Source: Bacteroidota bacterium
GTDB lineage: Bacteria; Bacteroidota; Ignavibacteria; Ignavibacteriales; Melioribacteraceae
Assembly: GCA_021820065.1 (NCBI GenBank)
Contig: JAKAEE010000008.1
Span: forward strand, 12,488 to 76,487
DNA: 64,000 bases
Direction of reading: 5' to 3'
In this document: piece by piece, positions 1 through 9,664 of the stretch
Numbering within the stretch: the stretch's first letter is position 1
Layout: the number at the start of each line of letters is the position of its first letter
The notes under the pieces: model-generated
What the model saw: the letters and a program-made list of their open reading frames with translations, nothing else
Database searches by the model: none
What the model was told of the DNA's origin: nothing
Program-made: the position numbers and the translations under genes

Positions 1-360
1 CCGTTTTAAACCGTTCAGTCCGTTTTCGATTCCGCGTTTCATAATATTTTCCATCGCGGAAATTTCCGACTCGGATGAAGCAACAATTACTTTTCCGCAA
101 ATGTCGTAACGGATTTCATTTTTATTGCAGAAGTCAATCATCATCTTGTAACCGCGAACACAATTCTGAGCTTTCAAACTTCCCGGTTTGTAATAGATGC
201 CGGAATGAATTACTCCGCTGTTGTTTCCGGTTTGATGCTGAGCAACGGAATTCTCTTTCTCCAAAATTAAAAGTTTAAGAGAAGGATTTTTCTCAAGAAT
301 TTTTAGTGAGGTCGCCAGACCAACGATTCCGGCGCCGACCACTACAACATCATATTTCAT
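1..360 (-). CDS. lhgO: L-2-hydroxyglutarate oxidase-like FAD oxidoreductase, N-terminal 120 codons (gene runs off the left edge)
   Basis: Hand translation of the minus strand from ATG 358-360 gives MKYDVVVVGAGIVGLATS (GxGxxG), then QTGNNSGVIHSGIYYKPGSLKA, as in LhgO/YgaF. It is open at the window edge, so it is absent from the ORF track. Its start overlaps the stop of the upstream GT by 11 nt. Confidence 0.7.
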   Translation of the reverse strand, partial: MKYDVVVVGAGIVGLATSLKILEKNPSLKLLILEKENSVAQHQTGNNSGVIHSGIYYKPGSLKAQNCVRGYKMMIDFCNKNEIRYDICGKVIVASSESEISAMENIMKRGIENGLNGLKR

Positions 361-1588
361 TTACATTACTCAACTTTAATAATTCATCATAGAATCTTTT
401 TACGACGAACTTTCGTGAAAAGTTATTATAGGCTTCGGTGCGCCCATTCTTGCCGAGGTTTTTAATCGCACTTTTATTGTTGCGGAAGAAAATTACTTTT
501 TCCGAAAGCATTTGCGCATTCTCCGGCTCAACAAATATTCCGCAGTTTGCTTCTTCCATAATTTTTCTTGCTTCGCCGTCAACGCAAAGTAGTATTGGAA
601 TTTCGGCAGCCATACTTTCATAAAGCTTAGATGGAATTGTGATCCTAAAAATCTCGCGGTGAACAAGCGGAATGATCATTACATCAAACAGCATTATATA
701 TTTTATAACATCGGTTCTGGAAACCGGGGGGATCAATATTACGTTAGTCAAGTTATTGGTTTTAATTTCTTTCTCAATTAATTCTTTTTCAACTCCGTCG
801 CCGATAATAAAATAGACAACCTCTTTGTAGTCTCGTGTTAATTTGGCGGCTTCAGTAATAACTTTCAAACCTTGTGCGCTGCCGATATTACCGGCGTAAC
901 CGAAAACTAATTTGTCGTGGAGCTGATATTTTTCAACCAGTGCTGCGTCACGCGGTTCGTGTTTTATTAAATCCGTGTTAACAAAATTCGGTACGTACAA
1001 AATTTTCTTGATATACGAGTGACTCTTCGATAATCGTTCATTGGTTAGCTTTGTAACAACATTTACCATGTCGGTATGGCGGTAGATCCAATGTTCCAGT
1101 CTTTGTGCAAACTTGATTATTGAATCACTCTTAAGATATCCAAGCGCTGTTGCTGATTCCGGCCAGAGATCACCTATATCAAAAAAGAATTTTGACTTCT
1201 TAAACTTCTTTGCAAACACTCCCGTAATTCCGGTAAACAACGGAGGGGCTATTGTAAGTATGTAATCAATTTTTCCAACTTTGAATAACATTACAATCAG
1301 CGACGAAAGCATGAACGAACCGTAATAGAGAATTCGCTTGATATAATTTCCCCTATCGGATGCATATACAAATGTCCGATAGATCGTGTAACCGTCTTCT
1401 TCTATTTTTTCATAAAGTTTATAATTTGTTTTTACTTCATGTTTGCTCATTAAATAACTGGGATAAGGAGTAATTACAACTATATCCATTCCCAGATCGC
1501 GCAATCCTTCTGCAAAGCCAACGCTTCTTTGAGAACCGCCGCCAATCTCCGGCGGATAATATTGAGTAACAATTACAATTTTTTTCAT
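350..1588 (-). CDS. Glycosyltransferase family 4 (WbuB-like)
   Basis: 412 aa. N-terminus MKKIVIVTQYYPPEIGGGSQR is typical of GT4/WbuB. GT-B C-terminal half with an EX7E-like region (YESMAAEIPIL). Confidence 0.8.
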   Translation of the reverse strand: MKKIVIVTQYYPPEIGGGSQRSVGFAEGLRDLGMDIVVITPYPSYLMSKHEVKTNYKLYEKIEEDGYTIYRTFVYASDRGNYIKRILYYGSFMLSSLIVMLFKVGKIDYILTIAPPLFTGITGVFAKKFKKSKFFFDIGDLWPESATALGYLKSDSIIKFAQRLEHWIYRHTDMVNVVTKLTNERLSKSHSYIKKILYVPNFVNTDLIKHEPRDAALVEKYQLHDKLVFGYAGNIGSAQGLKVITEAAKLTRDYKEVVYFIIGDGVEKELIEKEIKTNNLTNVILIPPVSRTDVIKYIMLFDVMIIPLVHREIFRITIPSKLYESMAAEIPILLCVDGEARKIMEEANCGIFVEPENAQMLSEKVIFFRNNKSAIKNLGKNGRTEAYNNFSRKFVVKRFYDELLKLSNVNEI

Positions 1589-2754
1589 CGGGAATTATTT
1601 TTCTTTTCCAACTCAGTTTTCTGGATTATTTCCGAAATACGCTCTGCGATTGATGTCCACGAGTATTCACGTGCCTTCTCAATCCTTTTCCTATTTCGTT
1701 CGGGTAAATTATCTTCAATTGACCTCTTTATCAACTCCACAAATTCATTATCATCCTTTGCCACAAACACCAAGTCGCTAAATTTTCTAACCTCTGGTAA
1801 ATCGGAAGATACGACGGGAATTCCCATGGACAAATACTCCAGCAGTTTAAGCGGATTTGCGGCAACTGTTAATTCATTCACCTCGAAAGGAATTAATCCC
1901 ACATCAAATATCGAAGCATAATTGGGAAGAATAGAATATTTGATTTCGTCCAAGTAGAAAAAATTTTTGAATTGTTTTAGCGAATCCAAATTACGCAATG
2001 ACTTCCCGATTAAAATGAAAGAATATTGCGGATATGCCTTCACACATTTTTCAATCACTTCTAAATTAATCCATTCGGATATCAGACCAAAAAAACCAAC
2101 GACAGGATGAGGAATGTTTGCTATCTCAGCCGGAATTTGATCAATCCGTTTTTGAAAATGCCCGCAGTCAGCTCCTTGAGGTAGAAAATAACTTTTCCCG
2201 TTTGTAGGTTTTCTTGTATTAACTAAAAGATCTGAAACGGAAAAGCTTGTATCCACTTTTTGAAGCAGTTCGCGTTCAAAATCAACAAGCTCTTTGAACG
2301 TACCCTCCAGCTTAGAATAATCATCCAAACAAAAATAATGCGCCGAGCTTTCGTCAATCTCTCCAACTATATCAGATACCAACGGAGAAGAGGTAAGCAA
2401 AATCGGATTGATAATTTTATGAATTTCTATTTCACGAAATAATTTTTTCTTCAGACTTCTTTTATTAAAGTAACGTATCACTTTATAATTATGAAATGGG
2501 ATGACGAACGGATGAAGTTGGTTTAGAGATTTTTGTTCAGCACCATTTGAGGATTCTTTTTTTGAAAAAACGTTAACCAGTTTATTTACCGCCCGTTTGA
2601 AATCTTTTAGATTAAGATTCGGTTTGCGTAATCCAAGCGAGCCAATCCAAAATATTCTATTTTCTTTTAATAACTCTTTGGCAATATGCTGAAGTGTAGA
2701 AGGTAATCTTCCCCAATCATCACTGAAAATTATTATGTCTCTGTTAGCCAGCAA
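1585..2754 (-). CDS. Glycosyltransferase, GT-B fold (TuaH-like)
   Basis: 389 aa. IIFSDDWGRLPSTLQHIAKEL N-terminus resembles TuaH-type GT1/GT4 enzymes. 4-nt overlap with the downstream GT. Confidence 0.65.
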   Translation of the reverse strand: MLANRDIIIFSDDWGRLPSTLQHIAKELLKENRIFWIGSLGLRKPNLNLKDFKRAVNKLVNVFSKKESSNGAEQKSLNQLHPFVIPFHNYKVIRYFNKRSLKKKLFREIEIHKIINPILLTSSPLVSDIVGEIDESSAHYFCLDDYSKLEGTFKELVDFERELLQKVDTSFSVSDLLVNTRKPTNGKSYFLPQGADCGHFQKRIDQIPAEIANIPHPVVGFFGLISEWINLEVIEKCVKAYPQYSFILIGKSLRNLDSLKQFKNFFYLDEIKYSILPNYASIFDVGLIPFEVNELTVAANPLKLLEYLSMGIPVVSSDLPEVRKFSDLVFVAKDDNEFVELIKRSIEDNLPERNRKRIEKAREYSWTSIAERISEIIQKTELEKKNNSR

Positions 2755-2882
2755 TTGTCAAATCACCTTGTGGTTAATGATGTTTCTTCATTACACTAAC
2801 TATTTTGTGTTACTTTGGGTAAAAGTGAGAAAATTTTGCACCAAATATAACTGTTATCAATTTATGATTTAATCTTTATTTT

Positions 2883-3737
2883 ATGATTACATTTTTGTCC
2901 AACATGAGGTCAATCATGTCACGAACCATGAAGTGCATCTACATATCCTTATTCATAATTATGCCGGTTCAGATTTCCGTGCGTGCTCAATCATCACCCG
3001 TTGGAAAATATGAAGCGGCAGAGGGTAAAATAGTAGGCATCTGGCCGCATAATGATCGATTCAAATCCATCGGCAGTATGAAAGAACTTAACGAACGGTG
3101 GGGATTTAACTACGTTCTTCTTGCGGAAATTTACGGCGTAAAAGAAAAAAAATTACTGGACAATGCCGGCTTTGATTCGCTTCACATTATGCACCAGATC
3201 ATTTTGCCTAATTCCGACAATGAAAGAAATCTTTTGCTGGAAAAGATTCTGAGACTTGGAAAATTGTGGGCTTATTATTTTGACGAGCCGATTAGCCGCG
3301 GGCAATCATTCATCCAATTTTCAAAATTAATTATTGACCTAAGCAATGATGGATTTTTCCCCTACGCAAAATTCATTGCAAGCGAACTCGACGAAAAAAA
3401 AGCCGCTCGCTTATTAAGAATAGTGGATGAAATAATGTACAGCGGGTATGGCTCTTCAGAAAAAATGGGCACTGATCAGGCTAAAACATGGGCGGAGTGG
3501 AAACTATATCTTGGAGAAAAATTCTCGCTGGTCTGGATTAGCGCCGAACAAGATTCTAACGAATACCGAACGCTGTTAAAGTCGGCGAAAGAATTAGGAT
3601 TTAATTCCGTCTGGCTTTATGCGCTTGAACCAATTGCCGAAGGAAAAGAGGTAAGCAACGGCAACTATGAAAAATTTTGCGAGGCGGCGGTTGAATTCGG
3701 CTTTATGAAACTCAAAAAGCAAAATCCCGGCAAATAA
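2883..3737 (+). CDS. Secreted hypothetical protein, the only plus-strand gene inside the EPS locus
   Basis: 284-aa ORF with a signal-peptide-like MKCIYISLFIIMPVQISVRAQ; the likely true start is the internal ATG near 2928. No family recognised; the alternating pattern is vaguely TIM-barrel/hydrolase-like. Confidence 0.5.
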   Translation: MITFLSNMRSIMSRTMKCIYISLFIIMPVQISVRAQSSPVGKYEAAEGKIVGIWPHNDRFKSIGSMKELNERWGFNYVLLAEIYGVKEKKLLDNAGFDSLHIMHQIILPNSDNERNLLLEKILRLGKLWAYYFDEPISRGQSFIQFSKLIIDLSNDGFFPYAKFIASELDEKKAARLLRIVDEIMYSGYGSSEKMGTDQAKTWAEWKLYLGEKFSLVWISAEQDSNEYRTLLKSAKELGFNSVWLYALEPIAEGKEVSNGNYEKFCEAAVEFGFMKLKKQNPGK

Positions 3738-3745
3738 TTTTTTGT

Positions 3746-5152
3746 TTAAGCCAGGTTATATTTTTCAATCAATCTATTTCCAAGTTCTTCTTTGTTTAGA
3801 AGTTTGAAAAAGATCACGAGTTCCTCCTTACCGAACAATCTTATACCGAGCGTTATGAACGCAATAAGGAATGGAGACAAAACTAAATAAGGTATTAACG
3901 GAAGGAACGAAAGCAAATACAAACCGATGCACATAAGCACCGACCAGCCCAAAACTTTATATCTTCCAATCGAAGGTCTGTACCCAAATTTATTTAGTGC
4001 AAAAATAATAAATACAAACGATGCGAAGCTGGCAAACAACTTAGCCAGGGCAGCGCCAAGAAAAGAATATTTTGGTATTAACATAAAGTTGGCGCTGAGA
4101 TTAACTATAACTTGAATTGCGCCGCAAATAAAATTGTAGAACTGCTTATTCTTCGCTACTAACACAGCTAACGAATAGTGAGTGAAAAACAAAAAAATTT
4201 GGCACCAATAAAGAATGGATGAAGGCAATGAAGTTGACGCATAATCACTACCAAAGATCAGATGAACAAGTGAACCGGCTTCAAATGTAAAAACAGCAGC
4301 GATTACAAACGCTATGAAATACAAAAGCTTCACTACCATATTGGAAAGAAAATCCGAACCGACTTGGTCTGTCATTCTCTTAACCAGAATTGGAAATACC
4401 GTTGTTACTATTGCACCCGGAATGATGTTCAAAGGCATAGTTAACCGTATGCCGGCAGAATAAATTCCAACATCAAACGAACCTTTGTAATAATTAAGAA
4501 TAACGATATCGATCTGCATAAATATCGTGGTTAGAATCGCAAAACCAAAAAGTGGGAGCGATTCCTTCAACAGCCAAAACGCACGATGAAGTGTTGCTTC
4601 GAACTTGTAACCAAATTTCTTTTTCAAATAATGGAACGACAGTACAAACCCCGGCAAATTCGAAACAGAATAAGCAATCACAAAATACAAAACAGCATCC
4701 TTAGTGAAAGGAATGTAAAGAACCATAATGAGAAGTATAAGATTGTCCAAAATCGAGAGCGTCATTGGATAATGCATTTTGAGATTTACTTTGAAAGGCG
4801 TTGCAAGAAGATCCCTCACGTTCACTGTTTTCATAGAAAACAGTATTGTCGTGAACAAGATATTGGTAAGCAGAATTTCACCGGTAGAATATTTGAGTAG
4901 CGGTGCAACCAAATTAAAAACTAGAATTAGAATTAGATATAAAACAAATCTTAAAGTCAGTGCGCTGCTGAACAGATGAAAATTTTCTTTGTCTTTGGAA
5001 AACTCTCGGAAGACTATCGGTTCAATGCCGAAATCAACAAACTTTGAAAGAATGCCAACGATAGCAAGTACGCTGCTGAACATGCCGAAGTTTTCAACAC
5101 CCAGGAATCGAGCGGCAAGCACAATGGCAATTACATTTAGAATGAAAGCCAT
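3746..5152 (-). CDS. MOP-superfamily polysaccharide flippase (Wzx-like), N-terminus problematic
   Basis: 468 aa, multi-TM, with the ARFLGVENFG motif after TM1. The conserved N-terminal stretch continues upstream of the first ATG and is closed by an in-frame TAA at 5216-5218 (see findings). Confidence 0.75.
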   Translation of the reverse strand: MAFILNVIAIVLAARFLGVENFGMFSSVLAIVGILSKFVDFGIEPIVFREFSKDKENFHLFSSALTLRFVLYLILILVFNLVAPLLKYSTGEILLTNILFTTILFSMKTVNVRDLLATPFKVNLKMHYPMTLSILDNLILLIMVLYIPFTKDAVLYFVIAYSVSNLPGFVLSFHYLKKKFGYKFEATLHRAFWLLKESLPLFGFAILTTIFMQIDIVILNYYKGSFDVGIYSAGIRLTMPLNIIPGAIVTTVFPILVKRMTDQVGSDFLSNMVVKLLYFIAFVIAAVFTFEAGSLVHLIFGSDYASTSLPSSILYWCQIFLFFTHYSLAVLVAKNKQFYNFICGAIQVIVNLSANFMLIPKYSFLGAALAKLFASFASFVFIIFALNKFGYRPSIGRYKVLGWSVLMCIGLYLLSFLPLIPYLVLSPFLIAFITLGIRLFGKEELVIFFKLLNKEELGNRLIEKYNLA

Positions 5153-5359
5153 TCCCTGTCCAAACGAAAGCGAGAAAACATTTTTGGTTACTTTTTCGAT
5201 GGAATAAATTTTCCTTTAATTAATCATTGCGACAATTTTCAAATGCTTGATCTACTCTAAAAATATTCAATCGACAAAATTGTTCTAAGTATGTTTTTTA
5301 ATTGCTTGTTGTTAGTTGATTTGTCTCTATACACGGATTGGATGTAATACATAGCAATT

Positions 5360-6490
5360 CTATCCAACCATAATCTCATACAATTTTCTATAACTTCTAA
5401 CCATTTTATCAATAGAGAAATTACCTTTCAGTTTTGAATTGGATTCTATGAAACGGTTTCTGTCCTTATGAATTTCTAATAACTTTAATACGTAATCGAT
5501 AGGATCATCTAATCTGAATAATTGATTAGAGCCATTACCAACAATTTCTGAATTTCCACCAACATCGGAAGCAAGTATAGGAATGTCTGCAAATATCGCC
5601 TCAATAAGACTTATCGAAAGTCCCTCATATCTTGAAGGAAGAGTAAAAACGTCAAATGCCTTAATATATCGGTATGATTCTTTGATAGGACCAACTAGAA
5701 AAAAGTCATTCGCAATACCAAGAGTACAAATTTTTTTGCTGAACATGTCGTAATTAGGTCCTTCACCAATAATAATGATTTTGGCTTCCGGAATTTTTTC
5801 TTTGATTAGGGAAAAATTATTTATCAAAAATTCATAGTTTTTTTGATATGCTAACCTGCCTGTAGAGCCTATTAAAAAGGAGTCCGAAAAATCTGTACCA
5901 CATTTATCACAGAAATATTTTCTTGCTTCATCTTTACATAGAAAGGACATTTCTTTTTCATCCAAACCATTATAAATCACTTCTATATTTCGTATGAAGC
6001 CTGACTCATTAGATTCATCAAAATTCAGCTTGCTAACAAAAACAGTTTTATCAACAAATTGTAAAAAAAATCTGAAATACACTTTTGCAAGGAATTTAAT
6101 AGTCCTACTAGTTTTATAATTCTTATCCAACAGAGAAAGACCGTGAAAGGTAAAGAGCGTCCTGGGTTTTTTCTTCAACAAATAGGTAGAAATTGCTCCG
6201 AACAAGGTGTTGGAGCTGTTTAAATGAACTATATCATAGTTATTCCTTTTCAATAATCGATGCAAATCAAAAATAAAGTAGAATGAATTAAGCACGCTAA
6301 AATCTCTCTTCAAAGAGTTCAAATAATGGTACGAAATATTATGCTTTTGAAGTTCCTCAAATAAAAAGTTTCCTTCGCCAGCTGCAACTTCAACATACAA
6401 ACCAGCTTGCTGAAGTGCACGAGCCAAGTTCAGAACAAACACCTGAGCACCACCTATTTCGGATTTTGTTATTACAAGGAGTATTTTCAT
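5360..6490 (-). CDS. Glycosyltransferase family 4
   Basis: 376 aa. MKILLVITKSEIGGAQVFVLNLARAL N-terminus; C-terminal PSRYEGLSISLIEA motif. Confidence 0.8.
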   Translation of the reverse strand: MKILLVITKSEIGGAQVFVLNLARALQQAGLYVEVAAGEGNFLFEELQKHNISYHYLNSLKRDFSVLNSFYFIFDLHRLLKRNNYDIVHLNSSNTLFGAISTYLLKKKPRTLFTFHGLSLLDKNYKTSRTIKFLAKVYFRFFLQFVDKTVFVSKLNFDESNESGFIRNIEVIYNGLDEKEMSFLCKDEARKYFCDKCGTDFSDSFLIGSTGRLAYQKNYEFLINNFSLIKEKIPEAKIIIIGEGPNYDMFSKKICTLGIANDFFLVGPIKESYRYIKAFDVFTLPSRYEGLSISLIEAIFADIPILASDVGGNSEIVGNGSNQLFRLDDPIDYVLKLLEIHKDRNRFIESNSKLKGNFSIDKMVRSYRKLYEIMVG

Positions 6491-6582
6491 AAAAACAGTT
6501 TGTACAAAAATTTATTAATTCTTAACAAAATTAATAAAAACAAATTATTCACATGTACTTCTCATTTTTTATATTATCACAA

Positions 6583-7713
6583 TTACTTTTTAGCAGCAAG
6601 CAATTGATTGAAAATGTGTACGATTTTTTCTGTTGTTTCATTGATGTTAAATTTTTTAGCTTGTTCTAAAGCGTTGTATTTCATCTTATTATAAAATGAT
6701 TGATCATTTTCCAATTTTAATATATCATTAGCAAAAGCCGTATAGTCTTCCGGATCATGCATAAGCCCACCCTTTTCCACGACTTCAACAAGCGCAGAAG
6801 TATTCGATGATAAAACGGGAATGCCACATTGCATAGCTTCTAATGGAGGTATTCCAAACCCTTCATAATAAGAAGGAAATAAAAATGCAAATGCATTGTT
6901 GTAAGTATAAGCCAGAAGTTGATCGTCTAGAAAGCTGAAATACCTTATAACCCCAGTTCTTCTCTTCATTTCCGTCTCAATATTCTTGAAACCATAACCG
7001 GGTTTTCCAACTAAAACTAAGTTCAAATCACTTCCTTTGGCATTTAATATATCCAAAATTTTTAACACGCCTAAAACGTTTTTTCTCTTTTCCACTACGC
7101 CCACATATAACAAGTATTTCTTGGGAAGATTGAGTTCAGAGATGAAATTTGCTTTTTCTAAGTTCAAAATATATGCAGGTTTGAAAATGTTTGAAGCTGT
7201 GTTATAAGCAATGCCTATTTTTTTCTCATCAAGATTATAGATTCTGAGCAAATCATCTTTTGAATGTTGAGAGACGGTGATTACTTTATCGGACTTTTTC
7301 AGTGAACGCGGTAAGAAAAAAGAAAGATACATTCTGTATAAGTAGGGATAATACTTCTCATAGACTCTGGGTATTACATCATGAACCACTGAAACGATTT
7401 TTGTATTCTCAAGACGTACCATGGGGACTAGAATATTGGGTGCGAAGAGAAGATCTATTTTATATTCCTTTAAAAGCCTAGGGAGAACAAAATTCAACCA
7501 GAACGGAGAATATATCTTCACAGGAAGCACTGATAGTTTCAAAGATATTACTTTGAAAAAACTTTTATCGAATGAATAATCCGAATTGGTAAATAAATAA
7601 TATTCATTTTGCTTATCCACATTGGGCAATTCCTGCAACACATTTAACAGGTAACGGCCTGTTCCAGTAATTGCCCTATCTAGTACTCTTGCATCAATTC
7701 CAATTCGCATCAA
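6583..7713 (-). CDS. Glycosyltransferase family 4 (mannosyltransferase-like)
   Basis: 376 aa. MRIGIDARVL...TGTGRY N-terminus; PSYYEGFGIPPLEAMQCGIPV motif. Confidence 0.8.
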   Translation of the reverse strand: MMRIGIDARVLDRAITGTGRYLLNVLQELPNVDKQNEYYLFTNSDYSFDKSFFKVISLKLSVLPVKIYSPFWLNFVLPRLLKEYKIDLLFAPNILVPMVRLENTKIVSVVHDVIPRVYEKYYPYLYRMYLSFFLPRSLKKSDKVITVSQHSKDDLLRIYNLDEKKIGIAYNTASNIFKPAYILNLEKANFISELNLPKKYLLYVGVVEKRKNVLGVLKILDILNAKGSDLNLVLVGKPGYGFKNIETEMKRRTGVIRYFSFLDDQLLAYTYNNAFAFLFPSYYEGFGIPPLEAMQCGIPVLSSNTSALVEVVEKGGLMHDPEDYTAFANDILKLENDQSFYNKMKYNALEQAKKFNINETTEKIVHIFNQLLAAKK

Positions 7714-7720
7714 TAATACC

Positions 7721-8620
7721 CTATTGCTTTTGACCTAGTCTATTCTTAAAATGATCGCTGAACGCTGAATAAACAACTTTTATTGTTTTTACTTTATTTC
7801 TTTTTCTAAAAAGTGACTTAAAAATAAATGCAGTCATCAAATAAAGAATAGTCAAAACATAAGTTAAAGGAAAGTTTTTCTTTGCAAAATACAACCGATT
7901 TCTAATGCTATAATATGTTGGAAGTAATTTATCTTTACTTGATGTGGTAGCACCTACTTTGTGATAAATAACGCTGCTTCCAGCATAAAGTATCCTATAT
8001 CCAGAATCTATTACCCTTTTAGAATAGTCTGTATCTTCTAGGTACAAGAAATATTTTTCATCTAGTAATCCCACTTTACGTATAACGTCACAGTTAATTA
8101 ATAAACAGCACCCAGAACCAAAAGTACAGTATTTATCCTCCTCGAATAAGTTTTCTGTCTTATTATTTCCGAAAGCAAAACCTGATGCTCGTATTTTACT
8201 TATGTAACCGCCCGCAGCCCAAATTAAATTTTTATCGGAAAAATATTTAATCATAGGGGTTAACATACCAATGGTGGGTGAGAGAGTGCTCTTCTTAACA
8301 AGTTCGCTTAGGAAATTGGGCTCTACTATTGTGTCGTTATTTAATAGCAATATGAAAGTTGCACCATTTTGCAAAGCATATTGAATGCCTACATTATTAC
8401 CGCCCGAAAATCCCAAGTTTCGTTTATTTGTAATAATTTGTTTAATAAAATTTCCAAATCGTTCATGAATTATCTTGGCGTCATCGTTGTAAGAATTATT
8501 ATCCACAACTATCACATCATAATTCGGGTAATCAATTTTGCTTAATGATTCCAAACACTCTATTGTGTCAGCAAGTCCATTCCAATTTAGTATTATTATG
8601 CTAACTTTAGGGGTCATCAT
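7721..8620 (-). CDS. Glycosyltransferase family 2
   Basis: 299 aa. VSIIILNWNG...VVDNNS...DTD(Y) is the GT-A DxD layout. 4-nt overlap with the upstream GT2. Confidence 0.8.
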   Translation of the reverse strand: MMTPKVSIIILNWNGLADTIECLESLSKIDYPNYDVIVVDNNSYNDDAKIIHERFGNFIKQIITNKRNLGFSGGNNVGIQYALQNGATFILLLNNDTIVEPNFLSELVKKSTLSPTIGMLTPMIKYFSDKNLIWAAGGYISKIRASGFAFGNNKTENLFEEDKYCTFGSGCCLLINCDVIRKVGLLDEKYFLYLEDTDYSKRVIDSGYRILYAGSSVIYHKVGATTSSKDKLLPTYYSIRNRLYFAKKNFPLTYVLTILYLMTAFIFKSLFRKRNKVKTIKVVYSAFSDHFKNRLGQKQ

Positions 8621-9507
8621 TTAAGAACACTTTGTCGAGAGTTATATTTTAATCTTAGCTTGCCATAACGACCAAGAATAAAATCACGAATTCCCAATAA
8701 TATCATTTTGATTTTTTTTAGTTTCTTTTCCTCGGTAAGCGAAATAGATATAATCTCTCTGCAGAAATGAATAATATCATTAAATACATATAAGGGGTAG
8801 TACCTAATATATTTTTTCCATACAAATAATCTATTTCTTGTTCTATAGTATAATCTTATCGGGATATGATTAGTTGGTTCAAACCTTTTGAATAAAACAT
8901 ATTTAATTTTTCGCTTACCCAACCTATGCATTATTGATACCGAATGATCCTGAATAATCCTATATCCTTTCCTATTTAGTCGTAAGCAAAATTCATGATC
9001 TACATAATCAATAAATAATTTTTCTTCAAAACCACCTATTTCTTTGTAAGCTTTTAAGTTAAGTAAATTACCACAAGTCATAACTGTTAATACATCTTTC
9101 TGTAAGTTATGACGTTTAGTTACATCCCCCACTAAAGTAACATTATGATACGGATATATTATGCCTACTTTAGAATAATTTTCAATTTTATTTAATAACT
9201 CAACTACCATATTATCGGGCAATGCAGTGTCTTGATCCATTGTTAGAAGAAAATCATAATCATCTTCTATTGCTTTTCTAGCAGCTTTATTTAGGGCGGC
9301 AGCTATCTCTATGTTTCCATAATTATCCAATATTCTTATCCGATCATATTCTCTTATTCTACCAATAATTTCCATATTGATTTCCTCCGAGTTATCTATG
9401 ATGTACAATAAATCTATTTGATTGAGATAACTCAGAATATTTAGAATCACTTCTTCACTAGGTTGGTACAATACTGTTACGCCTGCAATCTTCGGCATTT
9501 CATTCAT
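8617..9507 (-). CDS. Glycosyltransferase family 2 (rhamnosyltransferase-like)
   Basis: 296 aa. VTVLYQP...IIDNS...TMDQD...DYVDHEFCLR motifs. Confidence 0.75.
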   Translation of the reverse strand: MNEMPKIAGVTVLYQPSEEVILNILSYLNQIDLLYIIDNSEEINMEIIGRIREYDRIRILDNYGNIEIAAALNKAARKAIEDDYDFLLTMDQDTALPDNMVVELLNKIENYSKVGIIYPYHNVTLVGDVTKRHNLQKDVLTVMTCGNLLNLKAYKEIGGFEEKLFIDYVDHEFCLRLNRKGYRIIQDHSVSIMHRLGKRKIKYVLFKRFEPTNHIPIRLYYRTRNRLFVWKKYIRYYPLYVFNDIIHFCREIISISLTEEKKLKKIKMILLGIRDFILGRYGKLRLKYNSRQSVLK

Positions 9508-9664
9508 TTTCTATAATATTAGTTAGCCTTGCACAAGGTAATATTCAATTGATACAGGTAGTTTGATTATCATAAATTCCTTAAATAAAAGCATGCAATA
9601 TCTTCGGCCTTATTAGCATTTAATTAACTGTACTGTAGTTTAACTCCGTGCTTTAGTCTCTCTT

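Noticed and set aside
6063-6070. A8 homopolymer inside the GT4 gene as a slipped-strand phase-variation switch; similar 8-mers occur at 18870-18877 and 62822-62829.
   Set aside because: Runs of 8 are common in this AT-rich sequence and shorter than typical contingency tracts. There is no evidence of length variation from a single sequence.
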